Below, one piece after another: positions 11,400-25,012 of a stretch of DNA of 64,000 nt; position 1 is the stretch's first letter; the number at the start of each line of letters is the position of its first letter. The notes under the pieces were generated by a model that did no database searches, had not been told where the DNA came from, and saw only the letters and a list, made by a program, of their open reading frames with translations. The DNA is taken from NCBI RefSeq assembly GCF_902713615.1, contig NC_052154.1, positions 91,953,030 through 92,017,029 of the forward strand. The letters are read 5' to 3'. This DNA comes from Scyliorhinus canicula (lineage: Eukaryota). The position numbers and the translations under genes are program-made.

Positions 11400-14060
11400 C
11401 TCCAAAATACATTGTCTAAAGGGAGTGAAAGGCCAACATATTAGCATGGTGCATACTCCTGTGACCATCTATGTTCCATGGACTACACGGTGGCCCTGGC
11501 TGGCAGTGCGTCCTCCACTCCCGCATGTGCCCTCCACCCTCTGAACTCCTGCCCAGTTGTTATCCAGCACTGTAGAGGCCCTGGTCCTCGCGCCCGTCCC
11601 TGCTGTCACGGGTTTTGTTGGATGGCACTGTCCTAACTGTGGACACGACCACCCCATTCCAGACCCACGTCTCCTCACTTCACAGACTGCCAAACCACCC
11701 TCTTGAACACCCCTCCTTTATAGAGACATGCGGTGCTACGAGCTGAGGTCCTGGATTGGTACTAATACTGGGATGATGGATGATCAAAACCAGCTCGGCG
11801 ATGAGCTCTGGTGCTCCATATAGTCAGATAACATCTGACTCATGCCCATGGTAGCCCCTACCACGTGGTTAATGCCTGTATGCAAGCTGGCCTGTTCATC
11901 ACATGGTCCCGTTAAATCCCTGGGTTGGTGACGCTGGAGACAATGGGGGGGCGTGGAGGGCTGGAGCAGGGTCCTCCCAGCACTCCACCCCCTCATGGCC
12001 TGCCCGGACCAGCCAACTCACACACCAGACAGGCAGAAAATTGAGGAAGGGTTTAACTGCGTTATCAGGTTTTTTTTGTGAAGAAATATATACAGTCTGT
12101 GCTCTATCCCGTATAACTAAACTGTGACTTGTACCCGTGCCAACCTAACAGGTATCTAACCTTTTGGTGTTACGGGCCCTAACCCTGTTCCTAGGTGGTT
12201 CCCAAGATGACACAGCAGTAGTGGAGGCAGCTTGTTGTGACTCCTGCCCTGTGACAAGGGTCCCTGTGGCACGTGTCACCTGGGTCGCCCTCGCCTGGAT
12301 GTGCCCTCCCGCTGCTCAGGTGTCCCGGGTGGCATGGCGTGGCTCTGTTCTGCCCGCTGCTCCCCAGATCCACCAGGGACAGGAGTGAGGAGTCAAACGT
12401 GCTGTGTCGATCTGGCACCTCCCCTGCGGGAGTCACCAGTCCAGGCCCCATCACCTCCTCATAACTTGGAATACCCAACCCCCCCTGGCCCACTTCATAC
12501 CATGGGGTTGCGACATGAGGCATCCCTTAATGTCTTCCCACCACCTGGCGATGTTAGTCCTGCAGGCCCGCTCTGGTCTCGCCCAGAGTCTGCATGCACG
12601 TGGCTGTGGAGCACAGAGAGTGGACCATCTCCATTTGGAACTGCACCACGTCATGCTGTGACTATGCCACCACTCTTTGGGTCTGTGCCACGCAAGCCAG
12701 TGACTGGGTCACATTCCTCTGAGTCTGGGCAACGTTGGACAGCGTCTGGCCAATGCCACCGATGTTCCTAACTGCTGCAATGTGCAGGGGCCTCTGGCCC
12801 ACAGCTGCAGGTGAGAGGGCAGCCCTGTCCTAGGCCTCGGTCACGGACTGCATAGAATTCCTCAGGCCGTGGGCACACTGATCTATTTTCCACCAGTGTC
12901 CATAGTGCGACCTGCACCACATCGATGACTCCCTGGAACTGGGACATCCTGGCAATGAGAGCGAAGCCTGCTGCCCGGGAATTCTGGTGCATGCGGTCCA
13001 CAAGGAACTGGATGTAACCATCTGCCAGTGCATACACAGCATACCTCATGGTGCGGATGCACCTTTGCGCCGATGGCTGTGAGATGCCAGACAGGTACCC
13101 TCTCGGGTACTGGAAGGTCAACATGGCATAAACGTTTAGGGCTAACGTTACCTTGATGACCACCGGTAGCGGTGACCTCGATGGTTCCAGGTGTGCCATC
13201 ATCTGCAGATATGTTGCTGCTCATTTACAATCTACTCCTGTATTCCTGGTCGGGTAGTTCCTCAAGGACATGAGGTGCCGAAACATGAGGAGCCTCAATC
13301 TGGTGCCTCCTTGGAATCACCACCACCTCCTTCTCCTCGCCCTGTTCCTCCTCCTCCTGCTCCTTCTTCTCCACGTCTTGTCTCTGCTCCTCATCCTCGG
13401 CCAGTCGGGCGGGCAGCCCGCCAGCCTGAACGGCTGCCAACTGAGGCTTTGCAGCCTGCTCCTCTGCTGCATCTTCCACCTCGTCTCTGCGCTGCCTCCA
13501 CTGACGTTGCCACCGTGCTGCATGAAGTACAGCACCCCTACTACGACGGACAACATCACTGATGTTGACAAAATATGATAATATGCAGGGTGCAAGCAGA
13601 GAAAATGTTACCATGGTGTATACACCCAGGTGCCAACCAGGTTTCATGGTCGTCGCCCCGCCCCAGCCACGCAAGCCCACCCATCCCCGACCCGTCAGTG
13701 GCCCCACTCCTGGCACCCGTCCCTGCTGCCAGGGCCATCGTTTCATGGCACTAACCCTCACTGGACACTGCCGTCATGTGGCCCTGGTGTTCTGTCTTGT
13801 GGATGTAGCCAGTTGAGTGGGATGGCCTGGGAGGGGGGCTGCACCAACACATACGGCCATTAACCCAGCGTTCACCAAAGAGTTGGGATGGGTGGCCAAA
13901 AAGATGGCCACCGTAAAGGGGCTCGGTGCATGGGCACTGCCCCGTTAAATTGCGGGTTCCCTGGCTCTTTGGCTCTATAACCATTACAGGAGACCGCAGT
14001 ACCTCCCCCCCCCCCCCCCCCAACCTCCACGCCAACTCGTATCTCTTCTCTCAGTCGCAT
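11400..14060. mobile_element. Third decayed, rearranged Harbinger (copy B ~45760-48440)
   Basis: Transposase remnant on - at ~12790-13560 (VIKVTLALNVYA...SGISQPSAQRCIR...GVIDVVQV). Myb-gene 3' end on - at ~12150-12500 (acccgtgccaac...gggccctaac, as at 33890-33940). Confidence 0.65.
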
Positions 14061-14354
14061 CAGCCAACACGCCACTATTATGATTTTTGACAGCTGGTTA
14101 GAACCATCATTGTCCTGAAAATCCTTTATCCCTTCATGCTCAACTTATACCCAGCAAATGGATTTGGTCCTTTTGAAACGCGTGATTAAACCAGCACCTT
14201 AATCGAACAGCAGATAGGAACAAGCTTCTCCTATTATTAAGGGGTAAATGAATAATCCTTTGCCATATGATTCTATTTATTTATCGAACATGGCTTATAA
14301 ATTATGTAAATTATCGAATATACACCTGTCTGCATCATTGGTACCGAGGTGTAG

Positions 14355-15045
14355 ACGGTTATCAGCTTCAAATTCCGAGGAGCACATATCAAAACTATAG
14401 GCCGTGGTCCACCCACGTCAACCGTACGACCAAGAACGCCCAACAGCACCTCTACTTTCTCAGGAAATTAAGTAAATTCGGCATCTCCACATTGACTTTA
14501 CCAACTTTTTCAGATGCTCCATAAAAAAAGTATATCTGACTGCATCACAGCCTGGTATGGCAACTGCTTGGCACAAGACTGTACATGACTACAGTGAGTC
14601 GTGAACACAGCTCATTCCATGACGCAAACGCACATCCCATCTATTGACTTTGCCGACACCTCCCCGCTGCCTTGGTAAAGCGGGCTGCATAATCAGAAAC
14701 ACCTCCTACCCGAACTATTCATTCTTCTAGGTTCTTCGATTGGGCAGGAGATGCAAAAGTCTGAGAAAAAGGACTAACAGGTTCAATGACCGCTTCCTCC
14801 ACGCTGTTACCAGACACCTGAATGACTCTGTTATGGATTGATCTGATCTCTTCACACATCTTCTGTTTTGATTAGCATTCCAGGCCGTATGCTTCACCGG
14901 ATGTCGATATCTATATATTTATCTTGTCTATTTATTGTATTCCCTATGTTTTTGTGTATGAAACAATCTGTCCGGACTGTGTTTTGAATAATGTTTTCAC
15001 TGTACCTGGGTAGACGTTGGAATAATACAAATCCAAAACTAATCC
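14355..15045 (+). mobile_element. Rex1/Babar-type LINE, 3' fragment (copy B ~48735-49425)
   Basis: Decayed SFKF.G.HIS...WSTHV...KNAQQHLYFLRKL.KFG motif; tail ttttcactgtacc...aataatacaaatcc. Confidence 0.75.
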
Positions 15046-16344
15046 ATGTCCAAATCTATTGCAACGAGTTTTTTAACAGATGCACCTTGTCAAGTCCCTT
15101 CATATTTTAAGCACCACTATAAATATTCTTTCTGTCCCAAAAAGAGCAAATCCAATTTATCATGAATTTTCACGAAATAAAACCATTCCAGCCTGGAACA
15201 ATTGAATAAATCGGCATATTACATTATTTCATGACTGCTCTGGACGTCGTATTCACATTGGTTAGGTTGTTTTTTAATCTCTTAAGGATGCAATGGCGGG
15301 ACAATGCCACACTAAAATGCATGGCTCAAAGGTAAAGGGAAGAATAGTGGTCTGGAAACACGAAACGCCTGTTCAATGACTGTAGGTATCACAATAAGGA
15401 AAAGTGTTTAACGCTCAAACATTGGAGGTCTGATATATGCTTACTGAAATATTGTTTACACTTTGTCAATTCGATTAACACTGATTTCACATAACATATG
15501 GTGTGCAGTAAATTGGTTTCTCCCTTTTTACAGTGTTTGGATGTTTTGGAAAACTGTTTCAAACATATTTTGATGGCCCAATTTCGATTGGAACGTTTGT
15601 TTCTTGTAAGATCAATTTCAGCAGCGATTGGAATGAATGTGCGATGTGGAGATTCGTAACTGAATGATTCTGAACGATATAAGACATGTCTCAAAGCACA
15701 ATTTCATGTAAATAGTTCATACCAGATCTTATTTTTTCCAAAATACTGACGAAATAAGAAAGAATGCAGAACTTATGAATATTTCATTCATGATTTTATG
15801 CGATGAAATTATGGCATTAATAAAGTCTTTGTGATCAGATGAATGTTGGAAACAATAATGCTCGACAATTAATTAGTTCATTGCATATGTTTTACTGCAT
15901 TCTGGGTCAGGGAGAAAATGTAGGTCATTATTCACGTGGCGAAATATATGACTCATGGCAAGAACTGTGATAAATGTTTCCGTAGTGCAGCAATAAACAA
16001 AAATGAAATGTTATTGTTGAAGGTTAATATCTGCCAGACGTCCGAAGAAATAAACCGCTTCCTTTGCTTATCACAATGAGCGTTTACTTTTGCTATACTT
16101 CATTAGGAATTCAAACCTTACGAAATAGTCAACATACTGGAAGTTTACTGACGAGCCAACCGCCCACACAGGAACATCTGGATTGCTGAATATAAATTTG
16201 ATCAGCTTATGATAATTAGTTAAATGTTCCGTGTCTTATTATTCATACGCGAGAGAGAGAAGAGAGAGATAGGTTTGGCAAAATTATACAATGAGTGTCT
16301 TCAAGCCCAAAGCAACATATTAACCAAAACGTTGATGCTCAACT

Positions 16345-16670
16345 TTACATTTGCATTGAACAAAATGTTCTAAAACAGAATGGGGGGGGGGGGGGAAGGG
16401 GGTGCCAATCGACAAAAGAGATGGGAAGGAAAGAGAAGTCACCGTACCCATGCAAATAACAGAAAACTGCCCATTGCACGATTAGCGACCCAGGTAAGGA
16501 CCCTGAACCAAAACATAGAGACGGCAAGAGGGATCCGGGGGCTGTGGGGGGGGGGGGGGGAAGAGGGGATAGGTACAGAGGAAAATAACTTGTATATTGT
16601 GGACGTATTATCCTAATCAAATGTACAGTGTATGAAGTGTAAAACGTTCAATAAAAACATTTCAACAGCA
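16345..16670 (+). repeat. G-run-rich segment ending in AATAAAA; possible L1-like retrotransposon 3' end
   Basis: Two long poly-G tracts and caataaaaacattt; no coding remnant recognised. Confidence 0.3.
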
Positions 16671-16759
16671 GCGACATTGTACTTTTCCTATTGCCGCATG
16701 AGGGAGTTGGGAGTATAGAAAGAGCGCAGCTGAATGCATCGGAGAAGTGAGTAACCTGA

Positions 16760-17409
16760 GCACGTTTGATTTATTTTTTGTAGTCTTTTGCTAAACCTTA
16801 AATTTCTCCAAATCATCCAGCTGACCACTAACATTTACAGTATGGTATGCCGTGGTATTTGCCAATATGTCCATGCGTTGGGGAATGTGAGCAGAGAAAA
16901 CCCTTGCGGCTGCCCTTCCACTTATTCCTGCCAGTCCTGCTGCCACAACTGTCTCGACCACTGTCTACATGAAGCACAGGCAGTGGACCACCTCCATCTG
17001 GCACTGCACCACATCACGCTGTGACTGTTCCACTATGCTCGGGGTCTGCACCACATCAGCCATAATTGGGCCATCTCCCTCTGGGAATGGGCCACCTCTC
17101 TCTGTGTCAGTACCACGACGGCCAGCGCCTGGGCAATGCTGCCGACGTTTACAGACATTGTCCACTGTAATGAAACCATGGTCAGGAGCGCCGCGGTAAT
17201 GCTTAGTTGGCTCTGGCTCATGGCTGCCAGTAAGAGGGAAGCCCTGTCTTGGGAGTCGGCGCCCTCCTGCACAGATTGCCCCAGGCCTTGGAAATGCTGA
17301 TCCATTGCGAAATCCTCGCCTTCAAGGCTTACACCGTGGATGCTTCCCATGTGATATTGGTCTGCGTGGCACTGATGGCCATAACCACCTCCTGCTGCTC
17401 CACATGGTT
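16760..17409 (-). mobile_element. Fragment of a Harbinger Myb-gene coiled-coil exon (copy B ~51140-51808)
   Basis: QALAVVVLTQREVAHSQREMAQ heptads resemble those at 5280-5400 and in ORF 34247-34546. Confidence 0.55.
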
Positions 17410-17509
17410 NNNNNNNNNNNNNNNNNNNNNNNNNNNNNNNNNNNNNNNNNNNNNNNNNNNNNNNNNNNNNNNNNNNNNNNNNNNNNNNNNNNNNNNNNNN
17501 NNNNNNNNN
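17410..17509. other. Scaffold gap (100 N)
   Basis: 100 consecutive N; a round number typical of an unsized gap. Confidence 1.
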
Positions 17510-17769
17510 CGAAAAGAGATGTCCATCATCATCATTCCATCAGATCTATGGTCTGCAGTCCTGTCATATTCAGTCATTAATTGTGCTGAACAATAAGCCA
17601 ACCGATTGGAGGACGAGGTTCAACAAAGATATCCGATCCCAGTGATCGGCGAGCCTATGAAATTAGCTGAAAAGATAAGCCTAAAGCAGTTCCATTCATC
17701 CTCAGAAGTGCGAAGGTGATCACCAATTTAGTTCTGCTCCTGACGACCCCTGCAACCCAATTGTCTGTC

Positions 17770-19200
17770 TTCAGCCAATTCGATTCCCTTCACGTGATAT
17801 CGCGAATGACTAAAGGCATTGGATGCTGCTAAGGCTACATGCCTGATAATATTCTGGCAGTTACTGAAAACATGTTTACGATATCCTGCATGCACCATAG
17901 CCAAGTTCCTGAGTACAACATTGGAATCTGCTGTGCACGTATGCTCTGCAGACAGAATGCAAGACCAATCCGTCCCGGCATAATATCTCCCCATCAGTCT
18001 ACTCTCGACCACTAGGAAAGTGATGCAAGTGTTAAAGCGGTGCAATCATGGGGTACTTACATTGAAATATCCTGATCACTGATGAATAGTTTGGGTTCAT
18101 CCATGACCACTCAGCTACTGATCTCAATGTGGTTTGTTTAAAACATAGATAAACAGGGGTACTCCATGGGAGAGGTGGCAGTGACTGCCCTAGACGTCAT
18201 TTGACAGAGTATTGCATAAATCCACGCCAGAAAAGCTACAGTCACTGGAAATCAATGAAAAAAATCCCACTCGGTGGAATCATATAGAGCACGAATGAGA
18301 TCACTGTGCTCGTTGATTGTAAGACATAATAAGTCCAATACCTTATCGTAGGAGTTCCTCAGGGTCGTGTCGTAAGGGTCATTATCTTCAGCTGCTTCAG
18401 CAAAATTATTCCTTACTGCATTATGTCAGAAGTGAGAAGTTGCATTGACGATTGCACAATGTTGAGCAGCAAAGGTGAATCCTTAGATCTGAAGTGACTG
18501 TATCCAAATGTCACAAGACCTTGACACTTCCCAGGCTTGCGTTGATACGTTTAAAGTAATATTTAGGCGCCACAAGTGACATCCAATGACACATTCGAAA
18601 AATAAATATCTAACTACCATCCCTTGATATGCAATGTTATGATCATCTGTTAAGTCGCACGATCAGCATCCCACGTGAAATCATTGATCATAAACTGAAC
18701 CGGATATGCCATGTATAATAATCTTCATTGCCAAAACTTGGCTTACATTAACACTGCAATGAAGTGACTGTGCGAAGCCCCCAGTTGCCACATTCCAGCA
18801 CCTGTTGGGTACACGGACGGAGAATTCCGAATATCCAATTCACCTAACAGCACGTCTTTTGGGACTTGTGGGAGGAAACCAGAGCACTCAGAAGAAAGCC
18901 ACGCAGACACAGGGAGAACGTGGAGATTCCACACAGAAAATGACCCAAGCTGGGAATCAAATCAGCGAATCTGGCGCTGTGAAGCCACATTGCTACCACT
19001 GTGCTACCGCGCCGCATATAGGTACTCCGGTTATAAAATCAGGTCATACTCTAGGAATTCTGTCACGAGTAACTCACCCTATGGCTCCCCAGTGATTTCC
19101 CAGCACCTACAAGGCACAACTCACTGGTCCAGTGGAATACTATCCAATTTCCTGGATGAGTGCCAATCCAACATCATTCAGGATGTCCGATATGATCGGG
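17770..19200 (+). mobile_element. Old non-LTR retrotransposon RT fragment (CR1/L2/jockey supergroup), interrupted by a SINE
   Basis: Decayed LKALDAAKA..PDNI..LLKTC, ISLLSTTRKVM and GHTLGILSRVTHL...YKAQ motifs. Confidence 0.65.
18743..19012 (-). mobile_element. tRNA-head SINE with an alternative tail (aacaggtgctggaatgtggcaact...cagtcacttcatt)
   Basis: Standard head and central domain; tail matches the SINEs at 55135 and 60060. Confidence 0.8.
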
Positions 19201-19859
19201 GATGAACAAAGAGAATGAAGCCATATTTTGTTTAGATTACAATAATATTAACCTAGATTTTTCAGGCATGGCTATTCTGTCAGCTCGGACAATGCTGCCA
19301 GGGTACATTACTGTGTTTAGCAGATGGATTTGTGAAATACGAGTGATTCATGGTCATTAACCCATTCTTCTGCCAGGATCGATGCGCCGAGTAGCCTGAT
19401 GCTATTCCTACTTTATATGTTCCAAGTCAATCCGAAGGTGCTCGTGGCTTTGACATGGCAGAGAAGATTGAACTGCTGTCCGCAGCATAAAGTGGGTAAT
19501 TTTAACGACCGCGACTAAAGTCACCTCTACTATATGAAGCTTTCAATGCCATCAAAAGCAGAAACTGTGTACCTAAAACTCACCTGTAAATTAAATTCAA
19601 TCTCCTGCAAAATCAGCAACAGGCTCTCCTGCAGTCTACATTATTGCTGCCTCTTAAAATTGACATTCGCACGTCTGTCCTATTGAGTGCAAGATGGAAA
19701 GCTAGGAAAACTAATCCATCCTTTTTTAGAAGTATCAAAGTACATCTGAAGGTAAACAGTTTCACGTTGATACCAATTCAGTTCCGTCAAAACTATGTCC
19801 TTATTAGGAGCAGAATGAAAACATTCGTTCCTTCAGCCCATTGGATAAGATTATGTCGA

Positions 19860-20520
19860 TTGAATTGGAACCTGCCACATATCCATCAATTCGGTCGACC
19901 ACTTTTTTAACAAGGGCCTATGTATCGTAGCCTGAGAAGTATTCGATGTTTCTGTTTCCACTGCCTTTTGTGGAAGAGAGTTCCAAAGGCTCACAACTCT
20001 CTGAGAAAAAAAATTTCTTGTCATCTGTCTTAAATGGGCGACACGTTATTTTTTCAATATTGATCCTGGTGCATGATACCCCCCAGAGAAGAAACATGCC
20101 CTACACATCAATCATGCCAATGCCCCTCAGGATCTTAAATATTTCAATCAAATTTCCTCCAACTTTTCTCATCTTCACTGCATAAAATGCTAGCCTCCTC
20201 AACATATGACATATGACAACAGACCCTTCCCCGGTGTCATTCTCATGAATCTCCTCTGAACTGTTTTCAAAACAGTTAAATTCTGCTTTATATATAGAGG
20301 TGAATACTGTTCATGATAGACTAGAGGTAGTCTCATCATTGTGCTGAGAAACAGAATCTTAACTTCCTAACATGCAGATCAAATTCCTCTGACAATTGTC
20401 AGCTTTTCCAATTATTAGGTTAACATTCATAGTAGCCATTTTGTGATTGATAAATGAGGACACCGACATTCATCTGTATCGCCGATTTCTAACGTTCATA
20501 GAATTTACGTCTACTTTCTG
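19860..20520 (-). mobile_element. Old CR1 3' fragment
   Basis: gagagttccaaaggctcacaactctctgagaaaaaaaatttctt and tctcctctgaactg are decayed versions of 3290-3600. Confidence 0.55.
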
Positions 20521-20529
20521 TTGTATAAT

Positions 20530-20750
20530 ATCTACAGTGCAGATGGAGGCCATTTGGCTTATCGCGTGTGCATCAACCCTCTATAAGAGCACACTAACTC
20601 GCCCACTTCCCTGTCTTTTCCAATAATCCCACCTAGGATGCACATGGTGGACACTAAGAGTTCACATCGCCTACACATTTTGGACGGTGGAGGAAAGTGG
20701 AAACACAAAGGAAACCCACGAGGACACGGAGAAAACATGCAAACTCCAGC
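20530..20750 (-). mobile_element. SINE, partial
   Basis: tacagtgcagatggaggccatt tail and ggaaacccacg...gagaaaacatgcaaactcc central domain. Confidence 0.65.
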
Positions 20751-20753
20751 AAA

Positions 20754-21078
20754 GGACAGCACGGTAGCAGAAGTGGATAGCACTGTGGCTTCACAGACTC
20801 CCAGGTTCGATTCCCCGCTGGGTCACTGTCTGTGTGGAGTCTGCACGTTCTCCCCATGTCTGCGTGGGTTTCCTCCGGGTGCTCCGGTTTCCTCCCACAG
20901 TACAAAGACGTCCAGGTTAGATGGAATGGCCATGCTAAATTGTCCTTAGAGACCAAAACGGTAAGGAGGGGTTATTGGGTTGCGGGTATAGGGTGGAAGT
21001 GAGGGCTTAAGTGGGTCGGTGCAGACTCGATGGGCCGAATGGCCTCCTTCTGTACTGTATGTTCTATGTTCTTTGTTC
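20754..21078 (+). mobile_element. tRNA-head SINE, full length
   Basis: cagcacggtagc...ggttcgattcccc head; tail ggtgcagactcgatgggccgaatggcctccttctg plus (gttctat)n. Confidence 0.9.
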
Positions 21079-21744
21079 CATACAATTAGCCAATGCGGGA
21101 ATTGAACCCAAGTCCCTGGATCTATGAGGCAGCAATGCTAACCACTGTGCCAACCCTCATAATTGTCCAGTTTGCAGATATTTTGCCTACTTACATATCA
21201 CGTCCACATCTCTTTGTTAACTATGTGTGTCCTCTTCACAACTTACTTTCCAACGTCTCTAAGCGCAATCAACAAATTTAGCAACCATGCATTCCGTTGT
21301 TTCAACTAAGTCGTTTATAAGCATACTAAAAAGTTGAGACCCCATCAATTGTCCATGTGGAACACCATGGTCACATATTTCCAATCGTATTATGGCCCTT
21401 TTATGCCCATTCATCGTTTCCTGTCAGCTAAGTAATCCTCTGTCTACGCCTTGAACTTTCATTATCTGCTGTGGCCGTTTGCATGGCCACCAATCCATGT
21501 CTTTTAGAAATGCAGGTACACTTCAATCACCAGAGAGACTTCATCAACAGCATATACGACTCCTTCAAATAAATCCAATAAATTGGTTTCACTTTCACAG
21601 AACTGTGTTGACGTTGCCTGATTTATTTGTTTTGTTTAACCGCCGTCCAATAATATCTTTAATACCTTCTCACCTGTTCGAAAAAGAGATATTAAGCTAA
21701 CACGCATGTACTTTGCTCCTTTATGTCGTTCACCCCGTTTTGAA

Positions 21745-23330
21745 TATAGGTTTATATGATTGTCACGTGTACCGAGTACAGTAAAAATATAGTTCTGAGT
21801 ACAGTCCAGTCAGATTGCCCCATACATGAAAACATAGAACTTACAAAAATACACGAGGACACATAATGAAAATGCATAAAATAGATAGAGGGCGAAGTAT
21901 CCGGCATATAGTGCTACAGCTGTAGAGAAGATGCATGTAAAAGATCCAAAATATCAGTTCAGACCCTCAGGGGGTCAGTCAAGAGTCTAGTTTCAGTGGT
22001 GAAGACAGTAGTTTTGCATTGGTTGGTGCGTGTTGTCAAGCATTTGCATCTTCTGCCAGCGGAGGAGAGAATGGCCTGGGTGGGAGGGGTCTTTGATTGT
22101 GCTGCCCATTTCCCCATGGCAGCGCGACATGTGTACAAAATCAATGGTCTTGAGGTCGGCTCGCGTGATGGACTGAGATGTGTTCAGGACACTGTCGTTT
22201 CTTACATTCCTGGGCCGATTAGTGGCCATACTAAGTTGTGATGCACTCAGATAGCATGCCTTAATTGCCGATTGTCCTTAATTTTCTGAGGATGTAAGGG
22301 TGCTGTTATGTTTTCTTGGTCGCAGCGTCGACGTGAGTGGACCAGGAAAGATTGTTGGTAATGTTTAAACCTCGGAATTTCAAGCTGTCAACCATCTCCC
22401 CCCCGCACCATTGATCCAGACAGGGGTGTGGACGACACTTCACTTCCAGAGATCGATGACCAGCTCCTTTGTTTTGTTGCAATTGAGGGAGAGATTGTTG
22501 TCAATGCACCACTCCACTACATTTTTATCGCCTTCCTGTACTCTGACCCGTCTTGTTTGCGATCTGATCCATTATGGAGGTGCCATCAGTAAACCTGTAG
22601 ATGGAGTAGGAGCCGAATTTTTCCACATGGTCATATGTGGGCAGGGAGTATAGTAGGGGACCTAACTGATCATTGCAGGACCCCGATATTGAGTACTATC
22701 ATGGAGGAGGTGCCGTTGTTTTGCCTTACTGATTGGCGTCTGTGGATCAGGAAATCCAGTTCCAGAGGGACAATCCGAGTCCTAGGTTTTGGAGTTTTGA
22801 TGTGAACTTGGCTGGGATTATTGTGCTGAAGGCAGAGCTATAGTGAAATATCAGGAATACGCCATAGGCTTGTCGAGATGCACTAGGGATGAGTGTACGG
22901 CCGGGGAGTTAGCATACATAGTGAGCCGGTTGTTGCAGTAGGCGAATTGCAGTGCATCAAGACAATATAGAAGGTTGAAGATATTGTGTCTCATGACTAA
23001 GCTCTCTAAGAACGTGATAATAATAGATGTTAGGACCACTGGTCAGTGGTAGTGGATGCACGTTGCCTGGTGCTTCTACAGTACCGGTGTAATAGTGGTC
23101 TTCTTGAAGCAGGTGTGAAATTTGGAACAGAGAAATAACAGGTGAAAGATGTCTGCAACCACACCCGGCAATTGGTCCGTGCAAGATCGGAGGGACTCGT
23201 CAGCACTCCTTGCTTTCCATGAGTTTGCTTTCGAGACGGGTGAGAACTTCTGAGGCTGTGACCGTTGAAATTCGTGTTTCCGAGGCTACTGAGGCAGGTG
23301 AAATCGGTTGCTTGGCATTGTGCTCTCAAA
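21745..23330 (-). mobile_element. Rex1/Babar-type LINE fragment
   Basis: CHGEMGSTIKDPSHPGHSLL and DALQFAYCNNR motifs on -; tail ttgtcacgtgtaccgagtacagt on +. Confidence 0.75.
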
Positions 23331-23586
23331 CGAGCATATAATGCATGAGTGCATCGGGGAGGGGTGCTATGTTGCCCGAGTAGAATCGTTTTGAACAGGA
23401 AGCCAACGAATCGATGTCACCTGCCCCTGAAATGTCGCATACACCCATTCCTACAGAGGTTATATTCGTCATTTGGCATTCTAATTGAACCATCTTGGAA
23501 AATAAGGAATGTTGGATAATTAAAATAATGCATCTACTTTCTCAATAACAACTCAGTTTACGGAAATAGGATGAAGTCTCTTAAGA

Positions 23587-23858
23587 GGGCAGCACGGTAG
23601 CACAATGGTTAGCACGGTTTCTTCACAGCTCTGCACGATGTGTGGGTTTCTTCCGGGTGTTCCAGTTTCCTCCCACAGTCCAAAGATGTGCAGGTTAGGT
23701 GGTTTGGTCATGCTAAATTTCCCATAGTCTTCAAAATCTTTAGTTGTAGTTACTGGGTTGTGGGGATAGGGTGGCGGTGTGGGCTTAGGTGGGTTGGCCT
23801 TTCCAGTGTGGACTCGATGGGCCCAATGGTCTCCTTCTGCACTGTAAATTCTATGATA
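23587..23858 (+). mobile_element. tRNA-head SINE with internal deletion
   Basis: gggcagcacggtagcacaatggttagc head, B-box region missing; tail gactcgatgggcccaatggtctccttctgcactgtaaattctatg. Confidence 0.85.
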
Positions 23859-24674
23859 CTCTAAAGCACAGGGGTTAACAGCACCCAGATCCAACAATTT
23901 TCAAAGGTCCACTTTTATGATGATTGCAATTCCAACGTTCCAGTGCCAAATAGATTGCTTGGTATTAAAACAAATCTCAGCACGCCATTAAACGGAGTTC
24001 GACTGGACTCTGTAAGTCCTATTATTATTTCAATTCGGTCGTTGTGCAATTCTGAAGCAAATAGTTCTCTCCATTCTCTCGACCGAAATAGCCCAACTAC
24101 CCTTCTCACCATCTCTTGTCGCTGTTATACTCACACCTGTATTCTTGCTTTTAAAAGCGTACTTGTTTACCACAAGCAGACTCTGTGTTTGTGGATCCAC
24201 AGTCTGATCAGTTGCTCAGTTGACCACTAACCAGTTTGTCCTTAGCCCTCATTGAATATGCTTCCAACTCTCGATATACTTTGCCGCCAGATTTTAATTT
24301 TCTCTCAACTGGAAATGCCCGTATCATGAATTCGTTCAAACATGCAATGTCTGTAAACCCTCAAAGATTTCCAGTGCTGTTTAGCTTTAAAATATATATT
24401 TTGTTCGTCCGAATAGTTGTAATCCTTGACTTCGGCACCATCCCTCCAAAATTAGTTTCATTTATACAACTGTTTTTCATGTTATGATGTGCACAATAAT
24501 TTAAAGACGGCAAAGGTTTCTGGGCAGTGCCGTTGACAAATACAAGTAAAGCCATTTAATTTGCATTCTATATGCCTAGGAAAAGCCACTGAAGCTTTTG
24601 AATTTACAATTGACTTGATGACCTGGAAATAAGCAAATATTGCGTACGCAATCTTAACTGTTCAAATAAATTAT

Positions 24675-25012
24675 CACAGAATTTACATTGCAGTAGGAGG
24701 CCATTCGGTCCGTCTAGTTTGCACTGGCCCTTGGAAAGCACACCCTACCAAAACCCATACCTCCACCCTAGTCTCGCAACCCAGAAATCCCACCTAACCT
24801 TTTTCGACACGAAGGGCAATTTAGCATGGCCAATCCACCTAACCTTCACATTTTGGGGCAATGGAAGGAAAAAGGAGCATCCGGAGGAAATCCACACAGA
24901 CACGGGGAGAACGTGCGGTCTCTGCACAGACAGTGACCCAAGCCGGGAGTCGATGGTGAGACCCGGGAGCTGTGAAGCAACAGTGGTAAGCACTGTGCTA
25001 TCGTGCTTCCCC
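24675..25012 (-). mobile_element. tRNA-head SINE
   Basis: Reverse-oriented head, central domain and tail of the same family. Confidence 0.85.

Larger units (their letters stand above)
2545..11400. mobile_element. Second, decayed Harbinger (Myb gene on +, transposase remnants on -), interrupted by two CR1 insertions; copy B at ~36900-45760
   Basis: + strand: exon-2-like LTMTKQRAQHFVGGPAEREFAGVE, coiled-coil segment at 5070-5560, AATAAA near 5968. - strand: transposase remnants IKVKVALNLCASGSFQ and VYWQHQSFEEMPD at 6440-6735, and N-terminal MVASLVIVAAL at ~11130-11390. Confidence 0.7.
1..17409 (+). repeat. Copy A of a ~17.4 kb near-identical duplication (copy B at 34341-51808); runs off the left edge of the window and ends at the N gap
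   Basis: Base 1 (cgaatgtttgcagacacgg) recurs at 34341. The last bases before the gap (ctgctccacatggtt, ending 17409) recur ending at 51808. All nested elements are colinear, and the ORF track shows paired near-identical proteins at an offset of ~34.34-34.40 kb. Confidence 0.97.

Noticed and set aside
15389-15694. 101-aa ORF in AT-rich unique DNA (also at 49774-50079)
   Set aside because: No recognisable domain, non-ATG start in the track, no supported partner exons. Conservation between the copies only reflects the duplication.
24092-24207. + strand peptide QLPFSPSLVAVILTPVFLLLKAYLFTTSRLCVCGSTV*, resembling a TCR-like TM with a central Lys
   Set aside because: It is on the opposite strand from the Ig exons, no + strand Ig exons were found upstream, and pyrimidine-rich DNA readily gives Leu/Phe-rich frames. 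Kept only as a curiosity.
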